A stretch of DNA of 64,000 nucleotides from an uncultured Desulfarculus sp. (GTDB taxonomy: Bacteria; Desulfobacterota; Desulfarculia; Desulfarculales; Desulfarculaceae): the NCBI GenBank assembly GCA_963665125.2, contig CAXXUK010000001.1, positions 3,392,001-3,456,000 on the forward strand. The letters are read 5' to 3'. The notes below the pieces were generated by a model that did no database searches, was not told the origin of the DNA, and saw nothing but the letters and a program-made list of their open reading frames with translations. A program made the position numbers and the translations under genes. This document shows, one piece after another, positions 33,184-43,813 of the stretch. The stretch's first letter is position 1. The number at the start of each line of letters is the position of its first letter.

Positions 33184-36100
33184 CTAGAAGCTGTACATCA
33201 AACCCGCGCCCAAGACCTGGGCCAGGTAGTCGTCTGCATAAGACAAGCGGTAGTCGATGAACAGCTCCAGGCCTGATTTCACCGAGGCGGTCAGGCCCAG
33301 CTCGGCCACGGCCACGTCGCTGATGAAATCCGCTCCGTTGACGGTAAACGGCGCCGAGCCGTATCCCGCGAAGCTGGCGTCGATGCTGGGGCGGTCGTCG
33401 CCAAGCTGGTGCTGCCAGGCGATGCCCAGCCGGGGCAGCATCTCCCAATCTCCGGCCTGGATCAGCCGGGTGGCCCGGATGCCCAGGTTGAACAGCAGCG
33501 AATCCGTGTCGCGGTCGGCCACGTCCAGGTCCAGGAAGCCCGCGCCGCCCTCGGAGAATCCTTCTTCCTTGAGATGCTGGTAGTCCAGGGAGGCCAGAGG
33601 CTCCAGGAGCCACTGCTCGTAGCGGGCCTGATAACCGACGGCCATGCCCGCCGCGTAGAGGTCCGCGTCAAAGTCGGCCCTGGCCGTGACGTTGTAACCC
33701 TCCAGGTCCATGGGCCTGGTGGCGCTGTTCTGTAGGCGGGCGTACGAGGCCAGCAGCCGGGCGAAGAATCCCTCATACCCGGCCTGGGCGTAGAGGCCGG
33801 TGTGCAACGCATCAATGTCGCCATCATAGTTGCCCCGGCTCCAAGAAATATCCGTTCGGGTTGCGCCGGTGGCCAGGCCCAGGACCAGCCAGTGGTTAAT
33901 CACGTAATCCGCGCCCAGGGCCGCGCCGCCGGTGGTCTGTCCCCGGCCCAGGTAGCCGTCAGCCGCGTCCTGGTCGGCCCACAGACCGATGCCCCGGCCC
34001 CACAGGCTCCACCCGGTGCCGGTGGTCTGTTCCACCCCGCTTAGGGGCACCGTCTCGGCCGAGGCCACCTGCACCAGCCCGCTGAGGGCCTGGCGTTGAT
34101 CCAGGGATAATGCCCGCCGCTGGCGAAGCTCCTCCAGGCGGCGGTCCATGGCCCCGTCGAACAAGCCGCCGGCCTTGAGAGAGGCCGCGCTGAAGGCCGT
34201 GTACATCTCCGGGTTCAGCGCTTCGACGATATTGGCGATCTGCGTGGCGTCCATGTTGTAGTCCATGGCCATAAGCATCATGGCCATGTCGCCATCGGCC
34301 AGGGGCACCAGGGCGTCCAGGCCCCGTCCGGTGGCGGCCGCGCCGCCGCTGGCGAAATCGCCGTAGGATTTGCGGTTGATGACTAGGCTCAGAGAGTCGC
34401 CGGTGTTTTGCTGGGTCAGACTCAGCACCTCGGAATCAGGCTGGCCTATGAGGTCATCGAACAGGCCGCTGATGCCCCCGTTGGCGGTAATGATATTCCA
34501 GCAGGTGCCATCGGCATAGAGCGCATGGGGCAGATAGGTGCTGATGGTGCCGCCGTTTATGGTCACCGCGCCGGAGACAGCGATCACGTCGCAGGACAAA
34601 TCGCTGGCCAACTCGGCCGCCAGAACGGAACCGCTCTCAAACGTCAGCGAACTGGCCACCAAGAGCGTGCCGATTGAGTTGCCCGGGCTGATGGTGCCGG
34701 TGTTGGTTATTTCGGAATGGATAGTGCCCGATCCGCTCAGGGTGCCGCTGTTATTCAAGCTGGCCGCGGTCAGGGAGCCGTTGACATTGAGGCTGCCCGA
34801 GTTGGCGGCGGCGCCGCTGACAATGGCCGTGCCGCTGATAATGGCGCTGCTGCCGTTGTTGAACGTCCCCGCAGCCAATGAACCGCTTACATTGAGGCTG
34901 CCGTTGTTGGCCAGCGACCCCACCGTGGCTCTGCCGCTGACGGTGGCGCTGCCGCTGTTGGTCAGGCTGCCCGCGTTCAGCGAGCCGCCATTGGTCACGG
35001 TGAGATCGCCGCTGTTGGTCAGGCTTGCGGTACCCAATGATCCGTTTACGTTCAGGGTGCCTGAGTTGTTTACGCTGCCTGCGGTCATTGCGCCGCCCAC
35101 GGGCAAGAAGCCGCTGTTGCTCACGGTGCCCGCGCTCAAAGTGCCGCCCACGGGCAGGTTGCCGCTGTTGGTCAGGCTGACTACGGTCATTGATCCGCCC
35201 ACGGCCAGATTGCCGCTGTTGCTCACGGTGCCCGCGCTCAAGGTGCCGCCCACGGCCAGATTGCCACTGTTGTTCACGCTGCCAGCGGTCAAGGTCGTTC
35301 CCACGCCGATGGCGCCGCTATTGGTCAGGCTGCCCACAGTCACAGTGCCGCCTATGCCCACGCCGCCGCTGTTGATCAGGGTGTCGGCCGTCAGGGAACC
35401 GGCCACACCAAGGCCGCCGCCGTCATTGTTCAGAGTTCCCACGTCCACGGAACCGCCAATGGCCATCCCACCGCTGTTGGTCAGGCTGTCGGCCGTCAAT
35501 GTGCCGTCCACGGCCAGGCTGTCACTGTTGTTCACGCTGCCCGCGCTCAAGGTGCCGACCGATCCCACGGTCAAGCCGCCGGAGTTGTCCACCGCGCCGC
35601 TGATGTCGGTGTCGCCGTTGAACGTAGCCGTACCGCTGTTGGTCAGACTGGCGGCAGTGAAGTCGCCCGAGGAGCTCAACGTGCCGGAGTTGTCCACCGC
35701 GCCGCTGAAGCTGGCGTCGCCATTGAACGTAGACGTGCCTGCGTTGTTCAGGGTGGTGGCGCTCAAGGTGCTGTTCAGGGTGAGCGTACCGGTTGATGTT
35801 ACGGTGACGCCCATGTTCAAGTTCCAGTTGCCGGTCAGCGTGGTGTCGCCATCCACGTAAAGGCCCAGGTTCTCGAAGTTCAAATAGCTCCCGGACGAGA
35901 AGCTGGACGAATCGGTGACTCCCGATACGCCGAAATACAGAGTGTCCGTGCCCGCTTGGCCGTCCACCACGCCGCCCACGCTGGAGCCGGACAGGAGGTA
36001 GACCGTGTCATCGGCGTCGCCGGCGTAGATGCCGCCGCCCACCGTGCCGGAGTTTGTGATGGTGTTGCCCGAGCCGCCGCTGGATGCCCCTATGCCCAAA

Positions 36101-37068
36101 TTGCAGGTGCCGTAGATGTCGCCGGTCACCGTGCCGGAGTTGTTGATGGTGTTGTCTCCGCCGGTAGTGCTGTCGGCGGAGTTGAAGGTTCCGTAGATGC
36201 CGCTGCCAACCGTGCCGGAGTTTGTGATGGTGTTGCCGCCGCCGCTGGAGCCACTGGCGGCATTGTAACTGCCGCAGATGTCGTCGCCGACCGTACCGGT
36301 ATTTGTGATGGTGTTTGAGCCGCCGCTGCTGCCGGTGCTGATGTTGTTGCTGCCGTAGATGTATCGGTTCACCGTGCCATAGTTGGTGATGGTGTTGGAA
36401 CCGCCGCTGGAGTTATCCGAATAGTTTAAGCTGCCGAAGATATAGTGAGTCACCGTGCCGGAGTTGTTGATGGTGTTGGAGCCGCCGCCAGCACCTATAC
36501 CGGAGCTGCCATAGAGGCCACCGGCGGATCCGTAGTTGATGATGGTGTTTGAGCCGCCGCCGCAGTTCGTCCCGTTGTTGTAGGTGCCGAAGATGATGTT
36601 GGTCACCGTGCCGGTGTTGGTGATGGTGTTGCCGCCACCGCTGGCGTTGTCGCCACTGTTTCCGCTGCCCAAGATAGAAATGGACACCATGCCGCTGTTG
36701 GTGATGGTGTTGCCGCCTCCGCTGGTGCCGTTGCCCTCGTTGTCGCTGCCGTAGATAAATCCGGTTACGGTGCCGGAGTTGATGATGGTGTTTTCGCCTC
36801 CGCTGTAGCCGGTGGCGGCGGTGTTGGGGTTGCCGTAGACACTGCCGCTGACCGTGGCCCCGGTCTCGTTGGTGAGTTGATCCGGGTCTCCGCTGCCAAG
36901 CCAGTCTCCGGCTCCGCCGTAGTCCAGCGGGTTGCCCGAAGCGGGGTTGGTGCCCACGGCGGCCAGGGAGGGCATGGGTGGCGTCAAAACCGGGAAGATC
37001 AACAATCCGGCAAGGGTCAAGGAAAGGATCGCGCGCGTCAGCGTGGAAGGCGGCGTGAGGATGGACAT
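33184..37068 (-). CDS. Autotransporter adhesin (Gly/Asn/Thr-rich passenger, C-terminal beta barrel)
   Basis: Signal peptide; about 30-aa GGxNTITNxGTV repeats and about 17-aa NSGxLxV repeats; SPGNSIGTL motif; ends GLMYSF. Confidence 0.92.
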   Translation of the reverse strand: MSILTPPSTLTRAILSLTLAGLLIFPVLTPPMPSLAAVGTNPASGNPLDYGGAGDWLGSGDPDQLTNETGATVSGSVYGNPNTAATGYSGGENTIINSGTVTGFIYGSDNEGNGTSGGGNTITNSGMVSISILGSGNSGDNASGGGNTITNTGTVTNIIFGTYNNGTNCGGGSNTIINYGSAGGLYGSSGIGAGGGSNTINNSGTVTHYIFGSLNYSDNSSGGSNTITNYGTVNRYIYGSNNISTGSSGGSNTITNTGTVGDDICGSYNAASGSSGGGNTITNSGTVGSGIYGTFNSADSTTGGDNTINNSGTVTGDIYGTCNLGIGASSGGSGNTITNSGTVGGGIYAGDADDTVYLLSGSSVGGVVDGQAGTDTLYFGVSGVTDSSSFSSGSYLNFENLGLYVDGDTTLTGNWNLNMGVTVTSTGTLTLNSTLSATTLNNAGTSTFNGDASFSGAVDNSGTLSSSGDFTAASLTNSGTATFNGDTDISGAVDNSGGLTVGSVGTLSAGSVNNSDSLAVDGTLTADSLTNSGGMAIGGSVDVGTLNNDGGGLGVAGSLTADTLINSGGVGIGGTVTVGSLTNSGAIGVGTTLTAGSVNNSGNLAVGGTLSAGTVSNSGNLAVGGSMTVVSLTNSGNLPVGGTLSAGTVSNSGFLPVGGAMTAGSVNNSGTLNVNGSLGTASLTNSGDLTVTNGGSLNAGSLTNSGSATVSGRATVGSLANNGSLNVSGSLAAGTFNNGSSAIISGTAIVSGAAANSGSLNVNGSLTAASLNNSGTLSGSGTIHSEITNTGTISPGNSIGTLLVASSLTFESGSVLAAELASDLSCDVIAVSGAVTINGGTISTYLPHALYADGTCWNIITANGGISGLFDDLIGQPDSEVLSLTQQNTGDSLSLVINRKSYGDFASGGAAATGRGLDALVPLADGDMAMMLMAMDYNMDATQIANIVEALNPEMYTAFSAASLKAGGLFDGAMDRRLEELRQRRALSLDQRQALSGLVQVASAETVPLSGVEQTTGTGWSLWGRGIGLWADQDAADGYLGRGQTTGGAALGADYVINHWLVLGLATGATRTDISWSRGNYDGDIDALHTGLYAQAGYEGFFARLLASYARLQNSATRPMDLEGYNVTARADFDADLYAAGMAVGYQARYEQWLLEPLASLDYQHLKEEGFSEGGAGFLDLDVADRDTDSLLFNLGIRATRLIQAGDWEMLPRLGIAWQHQLGDDRPSIDASFAGYGSAPFTVNGADFISDVAVAELGLTASVKSGLELFIDYRLSYADDYLAQVLGAGLMYSF

Positions 37069-37584
37069 GGCTCCCCCAGTCAAGCATCGCATGATGGTTA
37101 ACTACAGGTATATACTGATATTTTTAGCAGGCGCGCAAAAAATAAGATTATGATAGGTGATTTAGTGGTTCTAAAGCAATGCAAATACCGCAATGGGCGC
37201 AACTATGACCAGGCCTGCGCGCACCTGTTGCCGGGATGGCCAGGAGCCGCTATCCGGGCATAACCGCGCAAGACGCTGCATTGCCCCCAAAACCCCAATA
37301 CATTTCGGTCTGGGATTCACGCCAAACGGGCTGCCTGTGCCCTGTGAAATGCGATGCACTCCTTCGTTTTTTCACATTAAATTTTACCAATATGGTTATA
37401 AAGCATCAAAATCAGCAATAGATGTTTAAACTTTGATCGATTTTAAATGTGCAGGTTCATATTTTGATAAATAAATATAATAATAGTGTATTTAATATTG
37501 AATTTCGTTTGGGGCATTTGTTACGCTCTATTTTGCCGAAAACAATGTTTTTGGGGGGTCTGTTGTCTAACCGGAAAGGGAGTG

Positions 37585-38931
37585 ATGATGACGACCAATA
37601 AATCGAAACTCATTTCTTTAATCATTGTTTGCGCCATGTTGCTGGTCGCCGGAGCCGCCGGCGCAAACAAGGCCCAGGCCTTTGAGCCCCTTAAGGGTGA
37701 TTTGGCAAGCTTTGATCCTCATAACCAGAAATTCCCGCCCGTCTCCGACGACGTGATTAAAATCGGTGTTTTTTGGGCGTTTTCCGGTCCCGGAGCCATT
37801 ACCGGCAACATATTCTGGGCGACCATCGGGCTGGCCGTTCATGACATCAACAGCCAGGGCGGCGTGATGGTAAACGGCAAAAAAATGAAGATATTGATGA
37901 TCAAGGGTGACAACCAGATGAAGCCGACCGTGGCCAAGAGGGCCATGGAGAAGCTTTGCGTGGAAGACGATGTTGATTTCGTCATCGGCACCACCGGTTC
38001 GCACCTCAACCTCATCGGCCAACAGGTGGCGGCCAAATACAAAAAAATCTACTTGAACGTGGCCTCTGTCTCGGATTCGCTGATGGATGGCAAAAACTTC
38101 AATAGATACACTTTCCGCAATTGCTCCACCGTTTCGATGCTGGCCATAGCCCTGGCCAAGTTCTACGCCAAGCGGCCGGAGAAGAAATTTTACATTCTCT
38201 GCCAGGACTACAGCTATGGTCACGTTTTTGCAAAAACCTTCAAGGACACCATTAAAACCTCCCGTCCGGACGCCCAGATCGTCGGAGAGGACTACCATCC
38301 GATGTTCGTCAAGGATTTCGCACCGTATCTGACCAAGGTAAAAGCCTCCGGCGCCGAGGTCATCATCACCGGCGACTACACGCCCGACAGCGACAATATG
38401 ATCAAACAAGCCGACCAACTGGGGATGAACGTGCCCATGGCCGGGCCTTATATCGACAACGCGATTCCGCTGCAGTCGATCAAACCGCCTCACGGCAAAG
38501 GCTTTGTTCCCGTCCATTCCTACATGACCGTTATGGACAATCCCGGCAACCTCGAATTTATGAACAAGTGGCATGAGTCCTGGAAAAACTGGAAGGCCCC
38601 GCTCTACAACGGACCATTGTTCAAGTGGCCCACCGGCATTCTGCCCCAATCTACGATCTCGACCTACTGGATGTTAAAGGTTGTTGAAAAGGCGGGTTCC
38701 CTTGATCCCGAAAAGATCATCGCCGCTTGGGAAGGCGACGAAATCGAACTGTTCGGAAACAAATACAAGATGCGCGCCTGCGATCATCAGGGCCTCTTCG
38801 ACATGCATGCTTCAGGACTTAGCTGGCCCAACGATTTCTTCGAGAAGGCCGGGGCCGCTGTTAATGTCATGACCATTCCGGCTTCCGAATGCGCCCAACC
38901 CATCCCCGAAGACTTGTCTCGTTGCAAGTAA
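37585..38931 (+). CDS. LivJ/LivK-like ABC substrate-binding protein
   Basis: Signal peptide; IKIG, DINSQGG, QDYSYG, DFAPYLTKV, MRACDHQ. Confidence 0.9.
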   Translation: MMTTNKSKLISLIIVCAMLLVAGAAGANKAQAFEPLKGDLASFDPHNQKFPPVSDDVIKIGVFWAFSGPGAITGNIFWATIGLAVHDINSQGGVMVNGKKMKILMIKGDNQMKPTVAKRAMEKLCVEDDVDFVIGTTGSHLNLIGQQVAAKYKKIYLNVASVSDSLMDGKNFNRYTFRNCSTVSMLAIALAKFYAKRPEKKFYILCQDYSYGHVFAKTFKDTIKTSRPDAQIVGEDYHPMFVKDFAPYLTKVKASGAEVIITGDYTPDSDNMIKQADQLGMNVPMAGPYIDNAIPLQSIKPPHGKGFVPVHSYMTVMDNPGNLEFMNKWHESWKNWKAPLYNGPLFKWPTGILPQSTISTYWMLKVVEKAGSLDPEKIIAAWEGDEIELFGNKYKMRACDHQGLFDMHASGLSWPNDFFEKAGAAVNVMTIPASECAQPIPEDLSRCK

Positions 38932-39093
38932 CATAAAGCAAGCAGGCCCGGCGGTGATTTTGTTCACCGCCGGGCCGTATTAATTATCCACTCCGCATCA
39001 TCATCGGTTTCATGGCCGAAAGTGAAATGCCAGCTTGATAGGCGGTATCTGCGGCGCCAGCCGCGCAATGCGATGAATAAGGAGGTTTCGGGC

Positions 39094-40770
39094 ATGAAAA
39101 CGAGAGGCAATATCCTCAAAAATCGATTAGTGGTGCTGTCCCTGGCGATTTTCGTTTTTCTGGTTTACACCCCTGTCCAGGCCGCCCAGGCTATCGAGGT
39201 TGCCGATCCCGGGTACTCGGCCGTTGTTTTGGCCGACGACACGCCCATGGCCGGATGTAACGGCGCCGTCATAGGCGCGGACGGCGCAATGTATGTCGTG
39301 CATACCGGTAACAACACCACAACCCGCATTGACCTGGAAACCGGCAAGGCCGCCACTTACGTCCCCGCGTCTACGGGCACCTATATCACCGATGACGTCA
39401 CGGCCGACGACAAGGGCAATCTTTACATCACCGGCACCACACCCATCGTGGGCGAGGTTTACAAGGTTGATAAAGACGGCGTGAAAACCGTCATCGCCTC
39501 CGGTTTGCTGGCCCCCAACGGCATCCAGTACAACACCAAAACCGGCCGTCTGTTCATCACCGAATGTTTCCAGGGCAACCGGGTCTTCGAACTGGACCCC
39601 AGCGGAGCCAAGCAGCCGCGGTTGATGATCAAGGAAAACGTCATCGCCGTACCTGAGGGTTTCGGCTTTGACCAGAAGACCAACGACCTGATCGTTCCCG
39701 ACCTGAAATCCGGCAAGATTTTGCGGATTCATCCCGACACGGCGGAAATCAAGACCATTGCCGAGGGTTTCGTGACCCCGGTGGCCCTGAAGGTCGGCCC
39801 GGACAACAAGGCCTATATTGTTGAACTGGCCACCGGCGCGGTCTACCGTCTGGGCCTGGACGGCAAAAACAAGGAAAAACTGGCCCAGATCGCTCCCGGT
39901 CTGGACAACCTGGCCCTGACCAAAGACGGCAAACTCTATGTGACCAGCTATTGGGACGCCACGGTCTATGAAGTGGCCACCGACGGCAGCGGCAAGTTCA
40001 AGGCCATGTTCCCCAAGGGCATCAACCAACCGCTGGGCATCGCCGCCATCAACGGCAAGGTCTATATCGGCGACGCCATCATGGTGCGCGAGGTGGCCGA
40101 CGGCAAGTACGCCCAGACCAAGCTCAACGCCTGGGCGCATCACGGCATGCCCCTGACCATCGGCCTGGCCAAGGGGCCGGCCGGTCAGCTTATCTGGCCG
40201 GATGCGGTCAACAACGCCGTGGCCATCGGCGATCCGGTTTCCGGTAAATTCCAGGCCATTGCCGGTGGGTTGAACCGCCCCTTTGGCCCACTGGTGGACG
40301 GCGCCAGGGTGTTTGTTTGTGAATACGGCGACGGCAAGATAACCGAGATCAGCCTGAAGGACGGGGCCAAGAAAACACTGGCCGAGGGCCTGGAAGGTCC
40401 GCTGGCCCTGGCCAAGATCGGCGACACCCTTTATGTGGCCGAAAGCAAGGCCGGCCGGGTCAGCAAGGTTGATTTGGCTACCGGCAAGAAGCAAGTCTTC
40501 CTGACCGGCCTGACCGGCAAGCCCGGCGCCCTGGCCGACGACGGCAACGGCAACCTGTTGATACTCGAAGCCGCCGCCCAGCAGTTGATCAAGGTAGACC
40601 CCAAGACCATGGCCGTATCGACCGTGGCCAAGAACCTGCCCATAACTTACTCGGTAGTGGGAAGTTATCCCCCGGTGGAGTTCCCGCCCAGCCTGGCCGT
40701 GGATGAAAATGGCAATATCTACATGGCCACCGCCGAGCGCGGGGTGATCATGCTGAAAAAAGGCAAGTAA
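39094..40770 (+). CDS. Secreted tandem beta-propeller (SMP-30/gluconolactonase/NHL-like)
   Basis: Signal peptide; repeated propeller blades (GLLAPNGI, PEGFGFD, PGLDNLA, GLEGPLALA). Confidence 0.75.
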   Translation: MKTRGNILKNRLVVLSLAIFVFLVYTPVQAAQAIEVADPGYSAVVLADDTPMAGCNGAVIGADGAMYVVHTGNNTTTRIDLETGKAATYVPASTGTYITDDVTADDKGNLYITGTTPIVGEVYKVDKDGVKTVIASGLLAPNGIQYNTKTGRLFITECFQGNRVFELDPSGAKQPRLMIKENVIAVPEGFGFDQKTNDLIVPDLKSGKILRIHPDTAEIKTIAEGFVTPVALKVGPDNKAYIVELATGAVYRLGLDGKNKEKLAQIAPGLDNLALTKDGKLYVTSYWDATVYEVATDGSGKFKAMFPKGINQPLGIAAINGKVYIGDAIMVREVADGKYAQTKLNAWAHHGMPLTIGLAKGPAGQLIWPDAVNNAVAIGDPVSGKFQAIAGGLNRPFGPLVDGARVFVCEYGDGKITEISLKDGAKKTLAEGLEGPLALAKIGDTLYVAESKAGRVSKVDLATGKKQVFLTGLTGKPGALADDGNGNLLILEAAAQQLIKVDPKTMAVSTVAKNLPITYSVVGSYPPVEFPPSLAVDENGNIYMATAERGVIMLKKGK

Positions 40771-40794
40771 AGCTCACCGATCCTGAATCAAACA

Positions 40795-40830
40795 AAGGCC
40801 CCTCTTCCTTAGGCGAAGGGGGGCCTTTTC
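40795..40830 (+). terminator. Terminator
   Basis: aaaggcccc...ggggcctttt stem. Confidence 0.7.
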
Positions 40831-41031
40831 ATTGCCGCATTCCTTTTTCCAACTTGAAGACCCTGAACACGCCGTGGCGCTACTTGTGGGCCATCACCTG
40901 CAAGACGTCCGGGCCATTAAATTGAGAGCCATCACCACCAGGACGAGTCCACGGGTTTGCCGCATCGGCGATGCTTCCCGGCGATAGGCTGGCCAAGCCG
41001 AAAAAACACTTGACTTTGCCCGGTCTGAAAT

Positions 41032-41062
41032 TGAATAAATGAGTATATTTTTCATTTATTCA
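41032..41062. promoter_or_regulatory. Inverted-repeat operator upstream of TetR
   Basis: tgaataaatga-N9-tcatttattca, just downstream of a TTGACT -35 at 41010. Confidence 0.7.
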
Positions 41063-41074
41063 TAAAGGCGACAT

Positions 41075-41656
41075 ATGCGGCCCAAGACATCCCCTGAATC
41101 AATTTACGAATGCGCCCTGGAGGTGTTCGCCCGTTACGGCTTTCGCCGGGCCCGCATGGAGGACGTGTCCGACGGCCTGGATCTGGCCGTGGGCACCATC
41201 TACCGCTATGTACGAGACAAGCGCGACCTGTATGAACGCACCGTGGAGTTCGGCATCCGCCGCTGGCAGGCCAAGGTCCTGGCGGCCGTGGAGGCCCAGG
41301 ACGACGTGCTGGAAAAATTCAAGGTCATGTGCCGCCGAGGCTATGAATACCTGGCCCAGGACCAGCACCTGCGCGCCATCATGATCAACGATCCGGACAT
41401 TTTCCCCCTGAGCCCGCGCAAGGTCCGCTTCCCGGACATCGACAACGCCTCCATCGGCCTGATCAGCGCCATCATCAACCAGGGCATGGCCCAGGGTGTA
41501 TTTAGGCGGGTGAACGTGCCGACCACGGCGGAGTTCCTCTATTCCATCTACGTAATGTTTATCATCAAGACCTATGTGAAAACCGAAGGCCAGGCCGCTT
41601 CGGACCTGTTTGACGACGGCCTGGATTTGCTCCTGCACGGTTTGCTCTCGCGCTGA
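41075..41656 (+). CDS. TetR/AcrR regulator
   Basis: ALEVFARYGF..ARMEDV...GTIYRY..DKRDL HTH. Confidence 0.93.
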   Translation: MRPKTSPESIYECALEVFARYGFRRARMEDVSDGLDLAVGTIYRYVRDKRDLYERTVEFGIRRWQAKVLAAVEAQDDVLEKFKVMCRRGYEYLAQDQHLRAIMINDPDIFPLSPRKVRFPDIDNASIGLISAIINQGMAQGVFRRVNVPTTAEFLYSIYVMFIIKTYVKTEGQAASDLFDDGLDLLLHGLLSR

Positions 41657-41723
41657 GCGCCTGCGGGGTTTGGCGGACCGCCTGCGGGGGCGGCCCGCCT
41701 GGGGACAATCAAGGGAGGATTAA

Positions 41724-42893
41724 ATGGACATCCACATCAATTATCCGGGACGCCTGAAAAAGGTGCAGGAAGGCATGGCCAAGCACGGTCTGGACCTTTT
41801 CCTGGGCACTCGCGGCAAGACCACCAACTACCTGGCCGGGGCCTTCGTGCCGTGGCGCAGCGTCATGCCCATCACCCGCGACGGCTTCATCGGCCTCAAC
41901 ACCCTGTTGATGGACGCCGAGCGGATCAAGGATGAATCCTGGCTGGAAAACATCAACGGCTGCGCACCCCTGCCGGGTCTGGAGCTTTGGGAGTTCACCG
42001 TGGCCCAGATCAAGCAGATGGGCCTGGACAAGGGCGTCATCGGCCTGGAAATGGGCCACTCGCCCCGGATGATCGCCGGGTTCCTGTTCGCCACGGAATA
42101 CGAATTCCTCAAGGAAAACCTGCCCCAGGCCAAGTTCGTCAACTGCCTGGAGCTCATCGACGACATCACCCTGGTCAAGGAGCCGGCGGAAGTCAAACTG
42201 ATGCGCCAGGCCGCGGCCATAGCCGACGCGGCCCAGGAGCGGGTCAAGGAAGAGCTCTACATCGGCATCAACGAACTGGAGATCGCGGGCATCGGCGAGA
42301 TGGAAATGCGCCGCCGGGGCTCGGAGTTCCACTGGCCGGTGACCGGCTCCAGCGAGATCGCCTCGGGCTTCCGCACCTGGTACGCCCTGGGCGGCTGCAC
42401 CCCGCCCACGGACAAGATCGTCCAGCGCAACGAAAGCCTGCTGGTGGACATGCACCCCACCTACAAGCAATATTACTCGGACCTGTCGCACAACTATGTC
42501 CTGGGCAAACCATCGGCCGAGCAGCAAAAGCTGGCCGACGCCTATCTGGCGGCCTGCGAAGTGCTCATCGAGAACCTCAAGGCCGGCCAAACCATCGGCG
42601 GCGTATGCCAGGCCGTGTTCGCCGAGTTGGACCGCAGCGGCTACCGGGCCTATGCCCTGCCCGGCTTCGGTCACGGCCTGGGCGTGGTGGGCCATGAATG
42701 GCACCCGGCCATCCTCGACAACGACGATTTCCGGGACATTGTCCTGGTGGAGGATATCGTGGAGGTGGCGGCCATGGTCATCAACGTGCCCGGCGTGGGC
42801 GGCATGCGCCTGGAGACGCCGGTGCGGGTCACGGCAACCGGCGGCGAAAACCTCTGCAAGACACCCCTGCCCCTGACGGTATTGGATATGTAG
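41724..42893 (+). CDS. M24 (Xaa-Pro peptidase/creatinase-fold) hydrolase, atypical active site
   Basis: Creatinase-like N-domain; VDM...YYSDLS, GHGLG, GGMRLE. Confidence 0.85.
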   Translation: MDIHINYPGRLKKVQEGMAKHGLDLFLGTRGKTTNYLAGAFVPWRSVMPITRDGFIGLNTLLMDAERIKDESWLENINGCAPLPGLELWEFTVAQIKQMGLDKGVIGLEMGHSPRMIAGFLFATEYEFLKENLPQAKFVNCLELIDDITLVKEPAEVKLMRQAAAIADAAQERVKEELYIGINELEIAGIGEMEMRRRGSEFHWPVTGSSEIASGFRTWYALGGCTPPTDKIVQRNESLLVDMHPTYKQYYSDLSHNYVLGKPSAEQQKLADAYLAACEVLIENLKAGQTIGGVCQAVFAELDRSGYRAYALPGFGHGLGVVGHEWHPAILDNDDFRDIVLVEDIVEVAAMVINVPGVGGMRLETPVRVTATGGENLCKTPLPLTVLDM

Positions 42894-42966
42894 TAAAACA
42901 GCGGCGGGGCATTCGGCGCCCCGCCGCGTTGGCATTGTCTTTCAACAGCCCGCTGTTGACCCCACC

Positions 42967-43725
42967 TTACTCTTGAGCCAAAACGCAACGGTCGCGTCCT
43001 TGGTCCTTGGCTTGATAAAGGGCCGTGTCCGCCTTTAGCAAGAGGGTTTCCATGTCATAGCCGAAGCGACCACTGGAGGAGACGCCGATACTAATGGTCA
43101 CCAGAGGCAGGTTTACTTGGCCGTTCGATGCCTCCTTGGCCAGTTCCCGGCGAATTCGCTCCGTCAATTTCAGCGCGCCGGATACGCCGGTTTGGGGCAT
43201 CAGCAAAACGAATTCCTCGCCGCCGTATCTGGCCAACACATCGCTGGCGCGGATAAGGCCATTAACCACTTCGGCGACCTTTTTAAGAACGGCGTCTCCC
43301 GTCTGGTGGCCAAAGCGATCGTTGACCCGTTTGAAATGGTCCAGATCCATGATAGCCACCGACAAGTCGGTCTCGTGCCTTTTTGCCAGTTCCAAGTGCC
43401 CTTCGGCCAGCTCGAAAAAATAACGGCGGTTATAAAGACTGGTCAACTCGTCGGTGCGGCTGAGCTCTTCGATTTTTCTCTTGGATTCCTTTAATTGGTA
43501 CAAGAGGTGGGAGTGCCAATAGGTCAAAGGGGGGGCCACCAGCAACGGCACCAAGGTGGCCACCGTGAAGGCCTGGACAAATTTCGGGTTGGGAGTGCAC
43601 AACTCGACGATCAAGGTGATCAGCAATGACAACCCGATGGAAATACCGGTCACGGTGATCACCGAAACCCACAAATAGGGTTTTCTTTGGGCGTCCTCTT
43701 TGGGATATATCAAATCTCTGAACAC
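42967..43725 (-). CDS. Membrane diguanylate cyclase
   Basis: Two TM helices; DLDHFKRVND, RASD I-site, RYGGEEF. Confidence 0.93.
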   Translation of the reverse strand: MFRDLIYPKEDAQRKPYLWVSVITVTGISIGLSLLITLIVELCTPNPKFVQAFTVATLVPLLVAPPLTYWHSHLLYQLKESKRKIEELSRTDELTSLYNRRYFFELAEGHLELAKRHETDLSVAIMDLDHFKRVNDRFGHQTGDAVLKKVAEVVNGLIRASDVLARYGGEEFVLLMPQTGVSGALKLTERIRRELAKEASNGQVNLPLVTISIGVSSSGRFGYDMETLLLKADTALYQAKDQGRDRCVLAQE

Positions 43726-43813
43726 GGGAGGCTGTTCCTCGGTCCCGCCAAAGTCTTCGCGCCGGTGTTTTGTGGCCGGGGCTGAAACAAAGCCGGTTGT
43801 TGTAAAAAATCCG

